A DNA stretch of 64,000 bases. Source: Octopus vulgaris (taxonomy: Eukaryota). The position numbers were made by a program, and so were the translations under genes. The DNA lies in assembly GCA_951406725.2 (NCBI GenBank), contig OX597821.1, positions 27,528,001-27,592,000 of the forward strand, in the 5' to 3' direction. Under the pieces are notes generated by a model. That model saw nothing but the letters and a program-made list of their open reading frames with translations. It was not told where the DNA came from and made no database searches. Positions 1 to 15,757 of the stretch are shown piece by piece (within the stretch, counting starts at the first letter, position 1; every line of letters starts with the position of its first letter).

Positions 1-1436
1 AATGGCATTTTGGCCTGGCAGTAATTCCATCGCTTGTATTAAAGTGACATTGATAAATAGACACATTCATTCCTTGTGTGAATTCAAAGAGGATGTTTTG
101 CGCTTTATTTGAGAAATTCATATATAAATATAGTTCATAGAATTTCGTGTTTCAACTGATGTGTCACTCATCGATTGTATATTCTCTTGATTGATTGCAA
201 TAACTCTATTGCAGATATGAATGCTTAAATTACGCCGATCACCTGAAGAGTATGACAATTGTTTCATGTAATTTCCCTCTACATTTGTTAGTCAATATAC
301 AACTCTAGTGTACCTATCTTGACACTCAAACAGTGGATGAAATTGTATTATTTGAAAGTGCATTATTTTAATGGGAGGAAACGGAATTGATTTGTAATTC
401 GCATTCTGTTAATGTTAGCGCAGCCCGTGTGCACGCGCGCTACAGAAATATGCAAGTTCACGCTAGCTAAAGAGTTCAGAACTGTTTAAATTATATTTAA
501 CCTATGTTGTTAACATCTTTGCGAAATACATTTATATGTGGACAGAAATGGAGATAGAATACTCAACAGATTGACAAATACGACAGAAGAACGGATTAAC
601 AATTTAGTGCATTCAGATTGAGACTGCGAGCATCTGTCATTATTTTTCTTTTGATCGGTAACTAATACTCAGGAAAAAAATTATCGGCGCTTATATATTC
701 GAAAACTATATTTTAAAGTATATAAATATATTAATTTATTCGAAACAACGTTGTAGAATTTACAGTCGTATAATGATGAGCAAGAATTTAAAATAATAAT
801 ACAATTTAGTACAATATTGCTATCAGAAGTTAAGTTTCTTAATTTTCTATGTATAATTAATGCACTGTTAATGCATTCTCATGTTTCACTTTTTCCAAAT
901 TTAAGTGTTATTGGATATATTTACAGTGAAAAAAAAACGAACAATTAAAATTTGAAGAAATTTTATTTAGAAAATTTGAGTTAGAAAATCACATTTCATC
1001 TGAATCGTTTATTGTCTCATTGAAACACTCTCGATAAAATAAACTGATTATTATTAAAACACACTGATTATGTTTATTGTACTATGTTTAATCAACATAT
1101 ATGTTCTCTAGTATATATAGAAAATAAACCCGAATTATTCACCATTAATATTCTAAAACTATTTATATCGTTGTTAGAAACATGATTAGTATTTTTTGCA
1201 GAATTGTCTGAACATGTTTATCGAGATAGTAAATAGCTCTGATACACTTATTAGACTATTTTCTTTAGTCATTGCACGGTGATAACCATAAACGTTAAGC
1301 TTATATAAGTACCGTTATTATTATTTACAGGATTGGAAACTCGGCGGCGTATAAACAAACCATTCGCACTCAAAGCATATAGAAAGTTTGTTTATATAAA
1401 ATAAACACGAACATTCATACACATCAATAGACAGAA

Positions 1437-4400
1437 TTAATTGATGTGAATGAATCTTCAGTTCCTCAAAGCTGAGGCAACAAATCTACGTTCAGCTTGT
1501 CTATAGAATTATTCGTTGGTGTCAGAATTATTCTTTCCCATAGTCACTTGTAACTTTTGTAGTTTGTGGCAATGTTTGCAAATACCTTACTTTTCATTTC
1601 TTCAAGAGTGGCAGTCATATTGCTACATGGGAGGTGGTGCGAACTATTTTCTGAATCCTGTGGGAGTTTTCTATTTCCAATGTGAAATAACTTCTTTGAG
1701 AACTCTGCAACGAATGGTTCACCACGAAAGGGAACCCTTCTGTTATTTGTTAGCGTAAGCTGTTTGATATGTTGCTAGATATATGAGGACTTGAAGCAAG
1801 CTCTCAGATCATCTGCCGTTGATCCTCAGGGAATAAGTCACCAACCATGAGGAGAGTGACATCACGCATGATCTTTTTCTTTCTGAAGACTTCAAAGGTT
1901 GCCTTGTGGGACATTGATGCCTCATCCCAGACAATGCATTTGGCCTGTGTAAGGATGTTTGTTAATGTTCTTTATTTGATACGTTGTATAATGGAGATTC
2001 ATTTTGGATCGGGTTCAGAGGTACCTTAAATGTTGAATGTTCTGTCCATCTACCTGTTAGGAGTGTGGCTGTAATTCCTTCCAGAAGCTGCAAAAGCCAG
2101 ATCAATCTTGTTCTCTCTGACCTTCGCAAGGAGCAGGTTCATCAATAATGTATTTCCTGTGCCTCCGGGAGCATCTAAAAAGAAGGTTCCACCATTATCA
2201 TTCTCCACAGATGTCAGAACTTGCAGGTATACCTCCTTTTGATTCTGTACCAAGCATGGTTCGTTTTCAGTGGCAACTACCTGCAAACTTTTAATTTTGT
2301 ATGATGTTTACCTAAGTAGTTTTTGTGTCACCCGGTATTGAACATATCTAACAGGAGTTGGAAACCCATAGATTTCAAGTTTGTTTCAATCCAGTAATCG
2401 AACCTTGTAATCTATTAATCTTGATGCTTCACTGAAGATGTCATCATTGAATATACTATCAACCTCATACTGATATTGAATTCTTTGAAGAATGTCTCTC
2501 CAAAGCTCCTCCATGTATTTGTATGAGAGTTGCTTCGGATTTGACAGCCACAATGCATCAGCATTACGAAGAAGCGACTTCTCAGCTGCATAGGAAGCTT
2601 GCACATTTGTGCCTCAGTCAGAGTGGCATCCCAGTGTGCATCATCTTCCAGAAGATCTCTGAGATGGCTAGCTTGGTGATATGATAGACATACTGTGCTG
2701 CCAACCGCATGTAATATAGTAAATGATGTGGTTCCTTTTATTTGGCGTAACAGAAGGCTTGGATAGTGACACTCTGAGTAGTCGGGATGGACAAACTCTG
2801 CCACTTGTTTGTGATTTCCTGATTTCAGATTATTCTGTGAGTGCTCCAATTCCACGTGGATTGCATTCCTTTTTGTTCCAGGTGTACTATTGTAGAACTA
2901 CTTTGTATAGCATTGTTGGAGCAGATTCATTATCCTCACAGAGCCTGAAGAATGATGCAAGTATGGTATTGTTTGGGGCTTCCATTTATTGTTGCACTGC
3001 GTCTGGGGGTGAGGTAAACTCTATCTTCACACACCAAGTTAAATATAAGGGGATACCTCTCATGAATGAGGTATTTGAGAAGAATACTCCAACATGCTTC
3101 ACTACTTTGGAAAGTCTTGATCTCATCATTGTTCAATGAGTCCTGGACTGCAAAAGCTACCATATCAGATCCCTTGTTGACATATTTGTACACATACTTA
3201 ATGGATCTTACTGATTTACAGAAGTCAACATTTATGTGTGCCTTGAATATCTGCGAGAAAATTGGACAGCATTGGACTATCCGCCTGTTGTCAACTGGAA
3301 TTTCAGTGTGCTGACTTCTTGTTGGTAGTTTCAAACCCACCATCACCTGTCTTTCTTCGTCTCTAGAATGGGTAGACATCATGTCCAGACTTGGTGTCTT
3401 GAAGGGATTTCTTCGGAAAGATGATCTTTGTACACTTTCTATCCTGCATATATGGAACATGTAGGTTGATGTTCCCAAATGGACTATGAACCATTTGGGT
3501 CTTGACCACACTGGAGAGTTCTGGATCTTCCTGAGGATCTTGAAGTCCTTCTCTCATGAATGTGACTATCGTGCTGGCATGTATTTTTTCTATAAGCCAT
3601 AATAGGATGTGTACATGAGGGTGACTATTTATCTAATATTCTATATTATACATAGCACGGAACGCTATCAGTAACCGCATGGGCTTGATAAACCTCTGTC
3701 TGAAGACCCTTAAAATTACGTCATGCCTATATTTTGGCTCTTGGTTTTGGAACAGTTCATTTTTATCTATTTCCAGTTAGGATTGCAAGTGAAGATTATG
3801 AAGATGTCTGTTCTTCCATAATGTATAACATATGTCATCGTATGTTGGTTGCGTTCATACGTGTCTTTTGGTATTCCTGTGAATGATGATGGAAGGATGA
3901 TGAGCTGACCCATGTTGACATAATGATCATTCAACACTGCATCTTGCATGTTTGCATATGACTCCAGTCTTAGTTTCATGTGGTTTAGTCTGAATTAGAG
4001 CAGGTGTTCGCTTTCAATTTTTGTATACATGTCAACACTGGAACTGACTGAATAAATCCCTACGAAGTGGGATGTAGTTGGAATCGTCAGTCTGCACCAT
4101 GATGTGGAATGCATAGAAGTCACTGGATGAGACTCTCTTTGATGATTTTATCGCAGCAATATTAATGTGATAACCATCTAGTACCTAACAGAACAGCGTG
4201 TGTCGTTTTGAAATCCTCATCGGTCTCCCATCTCTGAGATGGAGGACAATGTTACACCGGTCATATTCTTTCCCACCCAGACGCACAGCTATTTCATTTG
4301 CAGTTTGCGCATTCAATCTCCATCCATGTTGACCAGCTGGTTTCATGTCTAACCTGATAACTAACGTTTATGTCCTAGAATCAGGTGGAGTTGTTTCAAG

Positions 4401-4955
4401 TACAGTCGTGAAGTTTCTGATCGAGCTGCTGTGCAGCATCTTTTACTGAGACACCACAACGTTGATCCAGATGCCAGTAATGTTCTTGTACCTCTCATGT
4501 CCTTCCCGTTCAGAATCAACCATAAAGTATATTTGAAGGGAATTTGGTGACTTATTTGACAGAAATAGCAAAGAGTCAGTACGATCATATATCTGCATTT
4601 GAATGTGAAAAGTTTGCTTGAATCCTTGCCAAGTTAGTTCTCTTGTGGCTCCAAATGAAGTCATCTGTAATGCAGCATTGTATTGTCAAATATTGTTTTG
4701 GAAGTGCTTAGAATCTTAGTCACAGTTTCTTCAATAGCTGTGGAGGCTGTAGTATTGCAGGGTTTTAATCTATCCACCACAGCATTGTTGGCCATAACAT
4801 ATTTACTGTATCCTTATGTTTTAAAAGGGGGAGATAAGCACATCCACCCAGCATAACCACATTACATATTCGAACATTTAATGTGGGTGGGGTTTTAGAG
4901 TCAAGTTTTGGCTGCTATATCTACCATGGAGATATCTCTTAGATAACCTTAATTA

Positions 4956-4958
<3 letters not shown>
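1437..4958 (-). mobile_element. Decayed Helitron (Rep/HUH nuclease plus PIF1-type helicase), with many stops and frameshifts; 3' end missing
   Basis: Minus-strand peptides occur in Helitron RepHel order: YNAALQMTSFGAT (~4650-4680), ILPSSFTG..GRTDIFIIFTCNPNW (Rep motif 1, 3767-3900), HPHVHILLW (HUH motif, ~3597-3623), HINVDFCKSVRSIKYVYKYVNKGSD (catalytic Tyr motif), FFLDAPGGTGNT (degenerate Walker A, ~2150-2185), LWDIDASS region = IVWDE on the minus strand, ACFKSSYI*QHIKQLTLTNN, and LWERIILTPTN (~1513-1545). A possible A|TC 5' end lies at 4958. No 3' hairpin/CTAG was found. Confidence 0.93.
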
Positions 4959-5007
<49 letters not shown>

Positions 5008-5024
5008 GGGGGGGTTATATATAC

Positions 5025-5354
5025 GCGTGAAGCCGCATAGTTCAGTGGATAGAACCTTGAGCTTACGATCGTGAGGTGTGAGTTCGATTCCCTGACCGGG
5101 CTGTATTTTGTGTTCTAGGAAATACACTTTATTTCACGTTTCTCCAATTAACTGTAGAAATGAGTTGCGACATCACTGGTGCCAAGCTGTATCGGCCTTT
5201 GCTTTCCCTTGGATAACATCATTAGTGGGGAAAGGGGAGGATGATATGCATGAGCGACTGCTAGCACTCTATAAGCAACCATGTCCGGAGATGTGCATCG
5301 TAGGGTAACTTTCTAGGTGCAATCCCATGGTCATTCATGACCGAAGGGCGTCTC
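5025..5354 (+). mobile_element. tRNA-derived SINE
   Basis: A-box-like TAGTTCAGTGG (~5038) and B-box GAGTTCGATTCC (~5080), followed by about 250 bp of non-tRNA body; flanked by (TA)n. Confidence 0.8.
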
Positions 5355-6524
5355 ATATATATACGTATAAGTATGCATATCAATAAGGAATTCCATGCAT
5401 TTCCTTAGTAGATTGCACACGAACCTCTCAATAAGCAGTATCTCTGAAACACGTTTGGAATATCGTTAAAATATTTACGCTGAATATTTATGCCATTGCC
5501 ATACTACTACTGTAGACACAGAAGAACATCTTGTATTCTAATTGCACTAAATACCGCATATACAAATCAAGTGAAGAAGTTATAATGACATATATGTCTC
5601 TATTCTTTAATTCAATGCCTTTTATATATATTTTTGCATTATTATAGATTTTGTCCAGTTGCCATATTAGAAGTATAAGGAACCGTTAATATGATTAATG
5701 ACGAGTTTTGCAAAATTTATTCTATTCATACCTGGCCAGATAGGAAAAGTTACCAAATGCTTTATAGAATTACGTTTCAATTGAGAATACAACTTAAAAT
5801 TTCTCTTGTGAGTGTCATAATATTACGCACATACCATGCTTAGAAATAATTTGAGTTATTTTATTTTCCTTTTCTCTTTGGTTTAGAACATTTACAACGT
5901 CAGAAATTGTTTTCAGGCTACCTTACATACAAGTTTCACATATTGATTCTTTATATATGAATAAAATGAAGAAAATATATTTCTATGGTAAAAAATCTAA
6001 TTGATTACTCATAATATAAACGTAGAATATTCGCAGGTTAAATCACACTAAAATATAAAAAAAATATAGAATAAAGTTCTTGCAACAAGTTTTACTGCCC
6101 AATAATTATTGAACATATATATTTACATAAACGATATTTAAAATCGTATGGTTGTCTCTGTTTATAGCTTCGCTTCGCAATTCCAATTTAAGCATTTCTA
6201 CGTGTAACTACAGAGTTAAATCAATATTTATGTTTCGAAATTCCAACGCTGGTTTTATTTCATTTTCTTCTGCATAATTTATATTTTTACACGTTAATAT
6301 TAAAAAAAAAATCAAACGCGAGCTGAAATCAAAACGAATGCATTCCTAATATTTTCTTTCCAATTTGCATATTATTCATTACTTATTTTTTAAAAATTCA
6401 AACTGCACCTAACATTTTATTTGATTTCAAATGCTGATGTATTTGTCATGTTTTCTTTCATAGAATATTTTTTTCTATTACATTTCAAATTCTTTAAGTT
6501 ATATGGAAATATTTCGTCAATGGA

Positions 6525-6710
6525 TTGATTGGCTATTAATCTGCATGTCTATAATTTCGAAATTTCCACTAAACATTGGTGGGAAAATTGCCCAACATTG
6601 CACCTGGTGTTACCTTAACCACGCCCAAACGAATCAACGCCCAGCCAGAAAGCATGAGTCACAGTAATAATGATGTTGGTATTCTATCGGATTGAAAAAT
6701 TCATTGGTGA
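6525..6710. promoter_or_regulatory. Possible Pol II cis-regulatory cluster
   Basis: Three ATTGG (reverse CCAAT) at 6528, 6575 and 6703, CCACGCCC (Sp/KLF) at 6619, TGAGTCA (AP-1) at 6655 and a CACCTG E-box at 6601, all within about 190 bp of unique sequence. Motif matches only. Confidence 0.2.
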
Positions 6711-6960
6711 AAAATAATCAAAGACAAAGATAAATGAAATTCTACAGATAGGAAAGGTAAAAGAAATATAAAAAAACGTATTAAAATCTGAACAGAGGTA
6801 TTCATACCAGATTCAAATGCAAAAATAAACATATTATCACTATACATTATTATTCAAATATATACTCTGATCTGCACGGTTACACTCACCGGTACGTATA
6901 CATATATAGACATGTTCAACCCTTTCTCATTCTTTCTCTCTTACTCCGTCTCTCTCTTCA

Positions 6961-7400
<440 letters not shown>

Positions 7401-8126
7401 GTATGTCTGAATATATGTTTATATATATACCTGTCAGTGCGTGTGAATGCACATACACGTACACAGATATATGCGATCACACGTATGCATATAGACACAG
7501 GAATACTGAGTATGTGAGACAGCATTAACGAGTTACAAACATATGTTTATAAAAATCTAAAAGTGTAGCACTAAAAACAAAAGCTCGTGGAAGTAGCATC
7601 TTACTCTTTGCTTTTTATATATTCTATGCGCAAAGATAGAGAATGGTATCTTTTCGCTGATTTTCCTATTCATCTCTTCTAATTAAAGATTAGAGAAATT
7701 GCTATTCTTGTGCACTCTCACTATATGCCCAGTAGGCTTACACTGCATATTAAAAAATATATATCTTGTAAAAAAAATGTATAATAAATAACAATTGCTA
7801 TAGAATATTTAAAAAACAAATATAATGAAGATGTTTCCTTTTATTATTTGGTTTGCAAGTTTCGAAAATGTAAATAACAAATAAGGTACGAGAAAGTAGC
7901 ATTCGGCTGCTACATAAATGCAATGCTTGTGGCTATAACAACGTTCAGAATATTTTATTAATGGAAAGGATTTTAATCAGGTAAAACACTAATATTACCA
8001 ATAAGTGTATCTGATGATATTCTTTGAATATCTTGATCTCATCTTTAACACACTTCCGACACAAGACAACTCTAACAGCCACAGTAGAAGTTGACGACGC
8101 CGACGATAACGGCAACGATGATGAAG

Positions 8127-8196
<70 letters not shown>

Positions 8197-8246
8197 CAAC
8201 AACAACAAACAATAATAATAATAATAATAATGATAATAATAACAGC

Positions 8247-8317
<71 letters not shown>
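8127..8317. repeat. (AAT)n microsatellite, target of the downstream Dong/R4 element
   Basis: About 60 AAT/AAC units directly abutting the RT coding sequence. Confidence 0.97.
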
Positions 8318-8318
<1 letters not shown>

Positions 8319-9600
8319 GAACAACCAAAAAAAAGGAGTATCAAAATAACAAACTCGGCATCTGAACAACTTTGGACCCCCATAACAACTGAAGAGGTCA
8401 CCCAGGCACTGCAAAGACTAAGCAACTGGAAGGCACCTGGGCATGACAAGATCCCCAACTTCTGGTTGAAATATCTAACAGGAATGCACAAAAAGCTGGC
8501 TGAAAACTTTAACAACATACTAGCAGAGCCAGAGACAATGCCTGAATGGCTTACGAAGGGGAAAACCATCTTAATTCCAAAATCAAAGGAAACAGCAAAA
8601 CCAGAAAACTACAGACCAATAACCTGCCTCCCTACTATGTTCAAGGCATTTACTGCAGTGATATCGCAAAGGTTGAACAAGCACCTGGACGAAAACAAAC
8701 TGTTCCCAGAAGAGCAGAAAGGATGCCGCAAAGGCTCATATGGCTGCAAAGATCAACTAATGATTAATAAAGTCATAACTGAAGACAGCCACAGAAAGAA
8801 GAAAGGCCTCAGTATGGCCTGGATTGACTACAAAAAGACGTTTGATAGCATCCCCCACACATGGATCCTCGAAACACTAGCCATTAACAAAGTAGCACCA
8901 ACAATCATAAAATTCATAGAGCACTCTATGAATAAATGGCAAACAGTCCTACACCTCCAAACAAAAGAGGGACTCATAAAAACCAAAGACATCCCCATTA
9001 GAAGAGGAATATTCCAGGGAGACACGCTTTCTCCACTCCTTTTCTGCTTGGCACTGTCACCTCTATCTGATATACTAAATAGAACTGGATGCGGATATAA
9101 ATGTTACGGCAAAACGATCAGTCACCTTTTATATATGGATGACCTAAAACTATACGCTGCAAATGACAAACAGCTGGAAACACTATAGACGAGTTAGATC
9201 AATTCTAAAAACAGAGCTCAATGCTAAAAAACAAGATTATAGGTATCAACACTTTAGCTGTCCCAGTTATAAGTTACAGCTACAATATCCTTAACTGGGC
9301 ACGAAATGAACTGACTAAAATAGATAGGAAAACAAGAAAAATAATGACAGGATCTAAGATGCATCACCCAAAATCTGACATAGAAAGACTATATATACAA
9401 CGTATAGAAGGTGGTAGAGGCCTTATACAGCTGGAAAACTACTATAAAATAACCACCATAGGACTGCAAAAATATCTACTTCAGAAGAAAGGAAAACTGA
9501 TACAAATAACGGCAAAACACGAGCAAAACAAAAAAACTGTTCTCAGTATTTAAGGAAGCTGAAAAATACAAACAAGAAATCATACCACCTAATAAACATG
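8318..9600 (+). mobile_element. Dong/R4-clade non-LTR retrotransposon, family A, 5' part (5'-truncated; RT domain; internal deletion at ~9186)
   Basis: WKAPGHDKIPNFWLK, LIPK..NYRPITCL, EQKGCRKGSYGCKDQL, WIDYKKTFDSIPH, RGIFQGDTLSPLLF, HLLYMDD. After LETL the sequence jumps to YRRVRSILKTELN; the matching segment of family B (~12650-12880) is missing. Ends at ..IIPPNKH and resumes at 11054. Confidence 0.95.
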
Positions 9601-9615
9601 AATAATAATAATAAT

Positions 9616-12069
<2,454 letters not shown>

Positions 12070-12109
12070 TAATAATAATAATAATAATAATATAATAATA
12101 ATAATGATA

Positions 12110-12209
12110 ATAGGCATGACACCAACATTAACTTCCAACTTGTCTCTTGAGGTCTTTGGGTGAGCCTTTGAGCCAGCTTGTGCAAATGTAAAGCAAAAGT
12201 CAAACATAG
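12110..12209 (+). mobile_element. About 100-bp 3'UTR-only insertion of a family-B-related Dong element
   Basis: Matches the last 100 bp of B (GTCTCTTGAGGTC..GCAAAAGTCAAACATAG) with several differences; (AAT)n on both sides. Confidence 0.9.
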
Positions 12210-12225
12210 AATAACAATAATAATC

Positions 12226-12282
<57 letters not shown>

Positions 12283-12283
<1 letters not shown>

Positions 12284-14343
12284 TAGCCAGATTAAGAAAT
12301 GCCCCACATAGCTGGATTAAGAAATGCCCCACATAGCTTGATTAAGAAATGTCTGGAAATGTATAAGATAGCACCTACTCTGCGAAACTTTTTGACTGTA
12401 AGTATGAGATCATGGAGAACCATACTAACTTTGAACAGTGACAATGAATCCCTAAAAATTTCATGTGGCATTTTCCAGGTTGACTCACTGTCACCACTCC
12501 TCTTTTGTTTAGCCTTAATACCTCTCTCAAAACTGCTCAATGACGCGCAGTACGGGTATAACATGTTTGATAAAAATATAAATCATCTCATTTACATGGA
12601 TGATTTAACGCTTTTTGCAAAAAATGACCAACAAATCAAGGGCTTACTAGCGACAGTCAAACAATTCAGTGACGACATCAGAATGCAATTTGGCCTCGAT
12701 AAATGTGCAAAAGCTACCTTTATCAAAGGAAAAATGACAGAAACATCTAACGTTAACATTGACCAGCAGAATGTCATAAAAGAACTAGACCCAGCGGAGA
12801 ACTACAAGTACCTAGGGGTAATTGAAGGGGACGGAATAAGGCATTCAGAGATGAAGGAAAGGATCAGGAGAGAATGTTATTGAAGAGTGAGAGCAATACT
12901 CAAGACAGAGCTGAATGCAAGAAACAGGATCGTAGCGATCAATGCATTAGCCATACCAGTCGTGACTTACAGTTTCAATATCGTTAACTGGTCAATTACT
13001 GAAATATGTCAGCTTGACAGAAAAATACGAAAACTGTTGACGATGCATAGAATGTACCACCCTAAGGCAGATACAGAACGACTTTATCTGCCAAGAAAAG
13101 AGGAGGCCGTGGTCTTTTACAACTGGCAATAACAATGAAGATTGCTACAATTGGCCTAGACACCTACCTGAAAAACTCTGAGGACTGGATGTTAAAACTT
13201 GTCTCAAAACATGAAAACAAGAAAGCATCATACTCAGTCACAAAACAGGCAAAGGAATATCTAAGTGAATTCCGAATACAACAAATTTCGGAATTAGAGA
13301 TAGTCATGCAAGAAACAAGCACAGAAAAGCTAAGCGCATGAAAACCCGTGCCAAAACTGCGGCCTTAGATATTCTGAATAATAAATGGCAAGAAAAACCT
13401 CTCTATGGCAAATACCCAAAGAGAGCGAATAATGCAGATATTGACAAAGCCCTGACCCATCAATGGCTAATGGCCTTTGGCTTAAAATCTGAAACAGAAG
13501 GGTTTATCATAGCAGCTCAAGATCAATGCCTACCAACAAGAAACTACCAGGCCAACATATTAAAGAACGGCAGTAGCCCAACATGTCGTGTATGTCGATA
13601 ACAAAATGAAACTATTGATCATGTTGTCTCAAAGTGCAGTCTTCTAGCGCCTACAGAGTACCTCAACAGGCATGATAGAGCTGCACAATATATTCACTGG
13701 GTAATTTGCAAAAACCTGGATTTGCCCATTTAAAAAAAACTGGTGGGAACACAAACCACCTCCAGTGTTTGAAAATGATCACATCTCACTGCTCTGGAAC
13801 TTCACCATTCAAACTGACAGGAAGATAGATGCAAATAGGCCAGACATCATATTGAAAGACTTCAGACAAAGAACATGCCTCCTCATTGATATGACTGTCC
13901 CAATCGATATAAACGTATCTGTCAAGACCTACCAAAAACTGAGCAAATATATAGATCTTGAAATAGAAATCATCAAAATGTGGAACCTGAAGACTAAAAT
14001 ATTACCTGTTGTCATAGGTGCCCTGGGAATGATAGCGAAAGGGGCTGATTGCTACCTAACTGAGATACCAGGAAACCCCAAAATGGCAGAAATTCAAAAG
14101 ATAGTGCTCATGGTTACTGCTCATATCCTACGCAAAATACTCTCTATGTAATCTCATGGTTTAAAACAAACTTTTTTTAAAAATGTATTTATTAGACATT
14201 CACTAGTACAACACCAAACCTCCCCCAAATATATGGCACACTAGGCATAACAACAACATGAACTTCCGACCTGTTGTCTCTTGAGGTCTCTGGGTGAGAC
14301 TTGGAGCCAACTTGTACGAACATAAGGCAAAAGTCATACATAG
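12283..14343 (+). mobile_element. Dong/R4 family B copy 2 (5'-truncated within RT; stops and frameshifts)
   Basis: GIFQVDSLSPLLF, HLIYMDD, QFGLDKCA, YKYLG. The 3' 1.35 kb is highly similar to copy 1 and ends CATACATAG|(AAT)n. Confidence 0.95.
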
Positions 14344-14353
14344 AATAATAATC

Positions 14354-14405
<52 letters not shown>

Positions 14406-14430
14406 TGATGATAATAATAATAATAATAAT

Positions 14431-14810
14431 GGTCTGGGATTTGTGTAGAGGTCCTGCGCCACATCAAACTAGACACTATCCGCCAGAACCAAAACATTTG
14501 CCTTCCGGAAGGGAAGGAGCTGCATGTTACGGTTGAGTGTAGAAGGCCTCGGTGTCATATGTGTGCGGAGAGTGGCCACTTGAGAGATTTCGGCCCTCAA
14601 CACCAGGTTCTCAGAAGTCACAAATGCAAATGAACAGCTAAAGTGACACCAATCTCGGTACTATAGAAATATCAACGATAGGAATAGCAAAATTAACAAC
14701 AGCCTGAAGAATACCAATACCAGAAACAATAGCAGAACCAGAAAAAAAAACAAGAACCACAACAACAAAAACAAAAACAGGAGCACGAACACCAACAACA
14801 GCAGCAGACT
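14431..14810 (+). pseudogene. gag/ORF1-like zinc-knuckle remnant, probably from an L1/Tx1-type element
   Basis: One frame reads ICLPEGKELHVTVECRRPRCHMCAESGHLRDFGP, i.e. Cx2Cx4Hx4(C) with the last Cys codon read as GGC (one change from TGC). Followed by Thr/Asn-rich low-complexity sequence. Confidence 0.55.
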
Positions 14811-14875
14811 ATCTCCTACACTAAATCTCCATACATTTTGCCTATTGCAGAATGGATTATTATAATTGTTAAAGA

Positions 14876-15318
14876 AGCGATATGTCAGAAATACATAGCA
14901 CGCTGGAAAAAATGCTAAGCGGAATTATGTTCCTCGTATCTTTCTATGTTGAAAATTCACCGTGGTGGATTTTGCCTTTCATCGTTGCGGCATCAATAAA
15001 ATAAGTATTCTTTTCTACTTTAGGCACAAGCCCCGAAATATTTGGGGAGGCGGCCAGTCGATTAGATCTAACCCAGTACGCAGATGGTACTTAATTTATC
15101 GACCCCCCGAATGGACGAAAAGCAAAGTTGACGTCGGCGGAATTTGGTCTCAGAACATAAAGACAGAAGAAAAGCAGCTAAGCATTTCGCCCGGCGTGCT
15201 AACTATTCCGCCAACTCTCCGCCCTCGATAACATAAGTATTAGTACAGCTCTGAGATCGATGTACTCGACTTCGCACCACATCTGTAATTGCTTGCCTTG
15301 TGCCAGAATTTGAAACCA
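14876..15318 (+). mobile_element. Old tRNA-derived SINE, interrupted by a younger inverted copy of the same family
   Basis: Degenerate head (..TAGCACGCTGGAAAAAATGCTAAGCGG), core TTTGCCTTTCATCGTTGCGGCATCAATAAAATAAGTA; resumes at ~15242 and runs to GCCTTGTGCCAGAATTTGAAACC. Confidence 0.7.
15010..15227 (-). mobile_element. tRNA-derived SINE (younger copy) with a 14-bp TSD
   Basis: Minus strand reads GGCGGAGAGTTGGCGGAATAGTTAGCACGCCGGGCGAAATGCTTAGC..CAAATTCCGCCGACGTCAACTTTGCTTTTC..GGTCGATAAATTAAGTACC. Flanked by ATAAAATAAGTATT (14996-15009) and ATAACATAAGTATT (15228-15241). Confidence 0.85.
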
Positions 15319-15687
15319 TTATCATTAAGAACAGCAGCAGCAGCAGAAAAGAAAGCGCTCGTGGTGCGATTTTAGTTGAGTGTAATACAATGCCGTAAAC
15401 AAATGTCTTAGTTATTTTGTATCTCCGCTACAGCTTATTGTTAGCAAACATTTGGCCCTACGTTTTTGTTACTCAAGTTAGAGAGAAAACTAAAGTAATT
15501 ATTATTATATTTTGTTTTTGTGTACGATCTTTTGTGCATCATCCTTAATTCATTTAACAGCAATTTCTGTTTTGAAAGTTTATAATTCATCACCACATTT
15601 GTCTTTTTTTTATATATATGTACTGACAAACTCACTCTCCAATATATATGGAAACACGCTGAAACACACACACACACACACAGACAC

Positions 15688-15757
<70 letters not shown>

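Noticed and set aside
1437-2286. Host PIF1 helicase gene
   Set aside because: It is collinear with Helitron Rep motifs, intronless and full of stops.
8091-8317. Poly-Ile/poly-Asn N-terminus of the 365-aa RT ORF as a real fusion protein
   Set aside because: It is the (AAT)n target tract read in frame by chance; the element is 5'-truncated at ~8318.
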